From positions 40,135,096 through 40,199,095 of the forward strand of contig OZ024758.1 of assembly GCA_964016885.1 (NCBI GenBank): DNA of 64,000 nt, written 5' to 3'. Below, in pieces: positions 62,501-64,000 of this stretch (its first letter is position 1; each line of letters begins with the position of its first letter). Source of the DNA: Eledone cirrhosa (lineage: Eukaryota). Under the pieces are notes generated by a model that did no database searches, was not told the DNA's origin, and worked only from the letters and a program-made list of their open reading frames with translations. Both the position numbers and the translations under genes were made by a program.

Positions 62501-64000
62501 TTAGCTTAGCTTAGGATAGCTTAGGATAGCTTAGGATAGCTTAGCTTAGCTTAGCTTAGGATAGCTTAGCTTAGGATAGCTTAGGATAGCTTAGCGTAGC
62601 TTAGCTTAGGATAGCTTAGCTTAGCTTAGCTTAGGATAGCTTAGCTTAGCTTAGGATAGCTTAGCTTAGCTTAGCTTAGGATAGCTTAGCTTAGCTTAGC
62701 TTAGGATAGCTTAGCTTAGCTTAGCTTAGGATAGCTTAGCTTAGGATAGCTTAGCTTAGGATAGCTTAGCTTAGGTTAGCTTAGCTTAGCTTAGCTTAGG
62801 ATAGCTTAGGATAGCTTAGCTTAGGATAGCTTAGCTTAGCTTAGCTTAGGATAGCTTAGCTTAGTTTAGCTTAGGATAGCTTAGCTTAGCTTAGCTTAGG
62901 ATAGCTTAGCTTAGGATAGCTTAGGATTGCTTAGCTTAGCTTAGCTTAGGATAGCTTAGCTTAGCTTAGCTTAGGATAGCTTAGCTTAGCTTAGGATAGC
63001 TTAGCTTAGCTTAGCTTAGGATAGCTTAGCTTAGCTTAGCTTAGGATAGCTTAGCTTAGCTTAGCTTAGGATAGCTTAGCTTAGCTTAGCTTAGGATAGA
63101 TTAGCTTAGCTTAGGATAGCTTAGCTTAGCTTAGCTTAGGAAAGCTTAGCTTAGCTTAGGATAGCTTAGTTTAGCTTAGCTTAGGAGAGCTTAGCTTAGC
63201 TTAGGATAGCTTAGCTTAGCTTAGCTTAGGATAGCTTAGCTTAGCTTAGCTTAGGTAGCTTAGCTTAGCTTAGCTTAGGATAGCTTAGCTTAGCTTAGCT
63301 TAGCTTAGGATAGCTTAGCTTAGCTTAGCTTAGGAGAGCTTAGCTTAGCTTAGCTTAGGATAGCTTAGGATAGCTTAGCTTAGGATAGCTTAGGATAGCT
63401 TACCTTAGGAGAGCTTAGCTTAGGATAGCTTAGCTTAGGATAGCTTAGGATAGCTTAGCTTAGGATAGCTTAGCTTAGGATAGCTTAGCTTAGGATAGCT
63501 TAGGATAGCTTAGCTTAGCTTAGCTTAGGATAGCTTAGCTTAGCTTAGCTTAGGATAGCTTAGCTTAGGTTAGCTTAGCTTAGCTTAGCTTAGCTTAGGA
63601 TAGCTTAGCTTAGGATAGCTTAGGATAGCTTAGCTTAGGATAGCTTAGGATAGCTTAGCTTAGGAGAGCTTAGCTTAGGATAGCTTAGGATAGCTTAGCT
63701 TAGGATAGCTTAGGATAGCTTAGCTTAGGATAGCTTAGCTTAGGATAGCTTAGGATAGCTTAGCTTAGCTTAGCTTAGGATAGCTTAGCTTAGCTTAGCT
63801 TAGGATAGCTTAGCTTAGCTTAGCTTAGGATAGCTTAGCTTAGCTTAGCTTAGGATAGCTTAGGATAGCTTAGCTTAGGATAGCTTAGGATAGCTTAGCT
63901 TAGGATAGCTTAGGATAGCTTAGGATAGCTTAGCTTAGCTTAGCTTAGGATAGCTTAGCTTAGCTTAGCTTAGGATAGCTTAGCTTAGCTTAGCTTAGGA
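53520..64000 (+). repeat. HOR family A, right cluster: about 3.5 copies of an about 3.0 kb unit
   Basis: GGTA at 54242, 57286, 60335, 63254 (spacings 3044, 3049, 2919). GGACA at 55026, 58100, 61444. Confidence 0.88.

Larger units (their letters stand above)
1..64000 (+). repeat. Compound pentanucleotide satellite array GGATA(GCTTA)n, n mostly 1-4; runs off both window ends
   Basis: Every line parses into GCTTA/GGATA pentamers or 1-2 nt variants of them. One orientation throughout, no unique sequence, and the 5-bp phase changes at only 21 small deletions. Confidence 0.99.

Noticed and set aside
1-64000. Protein-coding ORF or repetitive protein gene
   Set aside because: TAG on + and TAA on - recur every 5-10 bp and cycle through all frames. 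ATG occurs only at rare variants and is followed by stops within a few codons.
1-64000. CRISPR array or other repeat-spacer system
   Set aside because: No unique spacers, leader or cas genes. The sequence between repeats is the same pentamer.
1-64000. Canonical telomere tract or strong G-quadruplex array
   Set aside because: TTAGG is almost never tandem (only at GGTTA-GGATA variants) and G-tracts are only GG spaced 10-30 bp apart. Kb-scale copying of point variants is not expected from telomerase synthesis.
1-64000. Binary or run-length 'code' carrying information, or synthetic data-storage DNA
   Set aside because: The patterns are explained by nested duplication, slippage and point mutation. 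There are no adapters, indices or evidence of a reader.
1-64000. GATA-factor binding-site array
   Set aside because: GGATAG does not match the WGATAR consensus. Only rare TGATAG/AGATAG variants do, and binding cannot be inferred from sequence.
1-64000. Inversions or embedded transposon fragments
   Set aside because: No TAAGC/TATCC-oriented tract and no non-satellite stretch longer than about one or two pentamers was seen.
1-64000. Assignment to a named satellite or species (e.g. human HSat2/3, Drosophila simple satellites, Parascaris germline-limited repeats)
   Set aside because: The motifs differ from those families as I know them (CATTC; AAGAG/AATAT/AATAACATAG; TTGCA). No database search was possible.
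1-64000. Pure sequencing or assembly artefact
   Set aside because: Shared ordered variants plus private differences among copies indicate real evolutionary history. Exact copy numbers of the near-identical blocks could still be mis-assembled.

Overview
The whole 64 kb window is one uninterrupted, single-orientation simple-sequence satellite array. It is built from two pentamers, GCTTA (majority) and GGATA (minority), arranged as GGATA(GCTTA)n with n mostly 1-4, sometimes 5 and rarely 6-7. Both units are 40% GC and lack CpG. I found no gene, RNA gene, mobile element, CRISPR array or unique sequence: TAG recurs in almost every pentamer on the + strand and TAA in every GCTTA unit on the - strand, so all six frames are closed. 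The informative signal is hidden architecture. Rare variant pentamers (GGAAA, GGAGA, GGACA, GGTTA, GGATT, CCTTA, GCCTA, GCTTC, GGTA and others) act as landmarks and reveal several nested layers: a 25-bp sub-period; local 35-830 bp duplications; about 1.6, 2.55, 3.0, 3.2-3.3 and 3.46 kb higher-order repeats (HORs) in separate domains; and a probable 53-54 kb macro-duplication linking the two ends of the window. This resembles eukaryotic heterochromatic (centromeric, pericentromeric or subtelomeric) satellite DNA, but organism and function cannot be determined from the sequence. I see no evidence of a new protein-coding system. All periods were derived by eye from landmark coordinates, and block boundaries are approximate.
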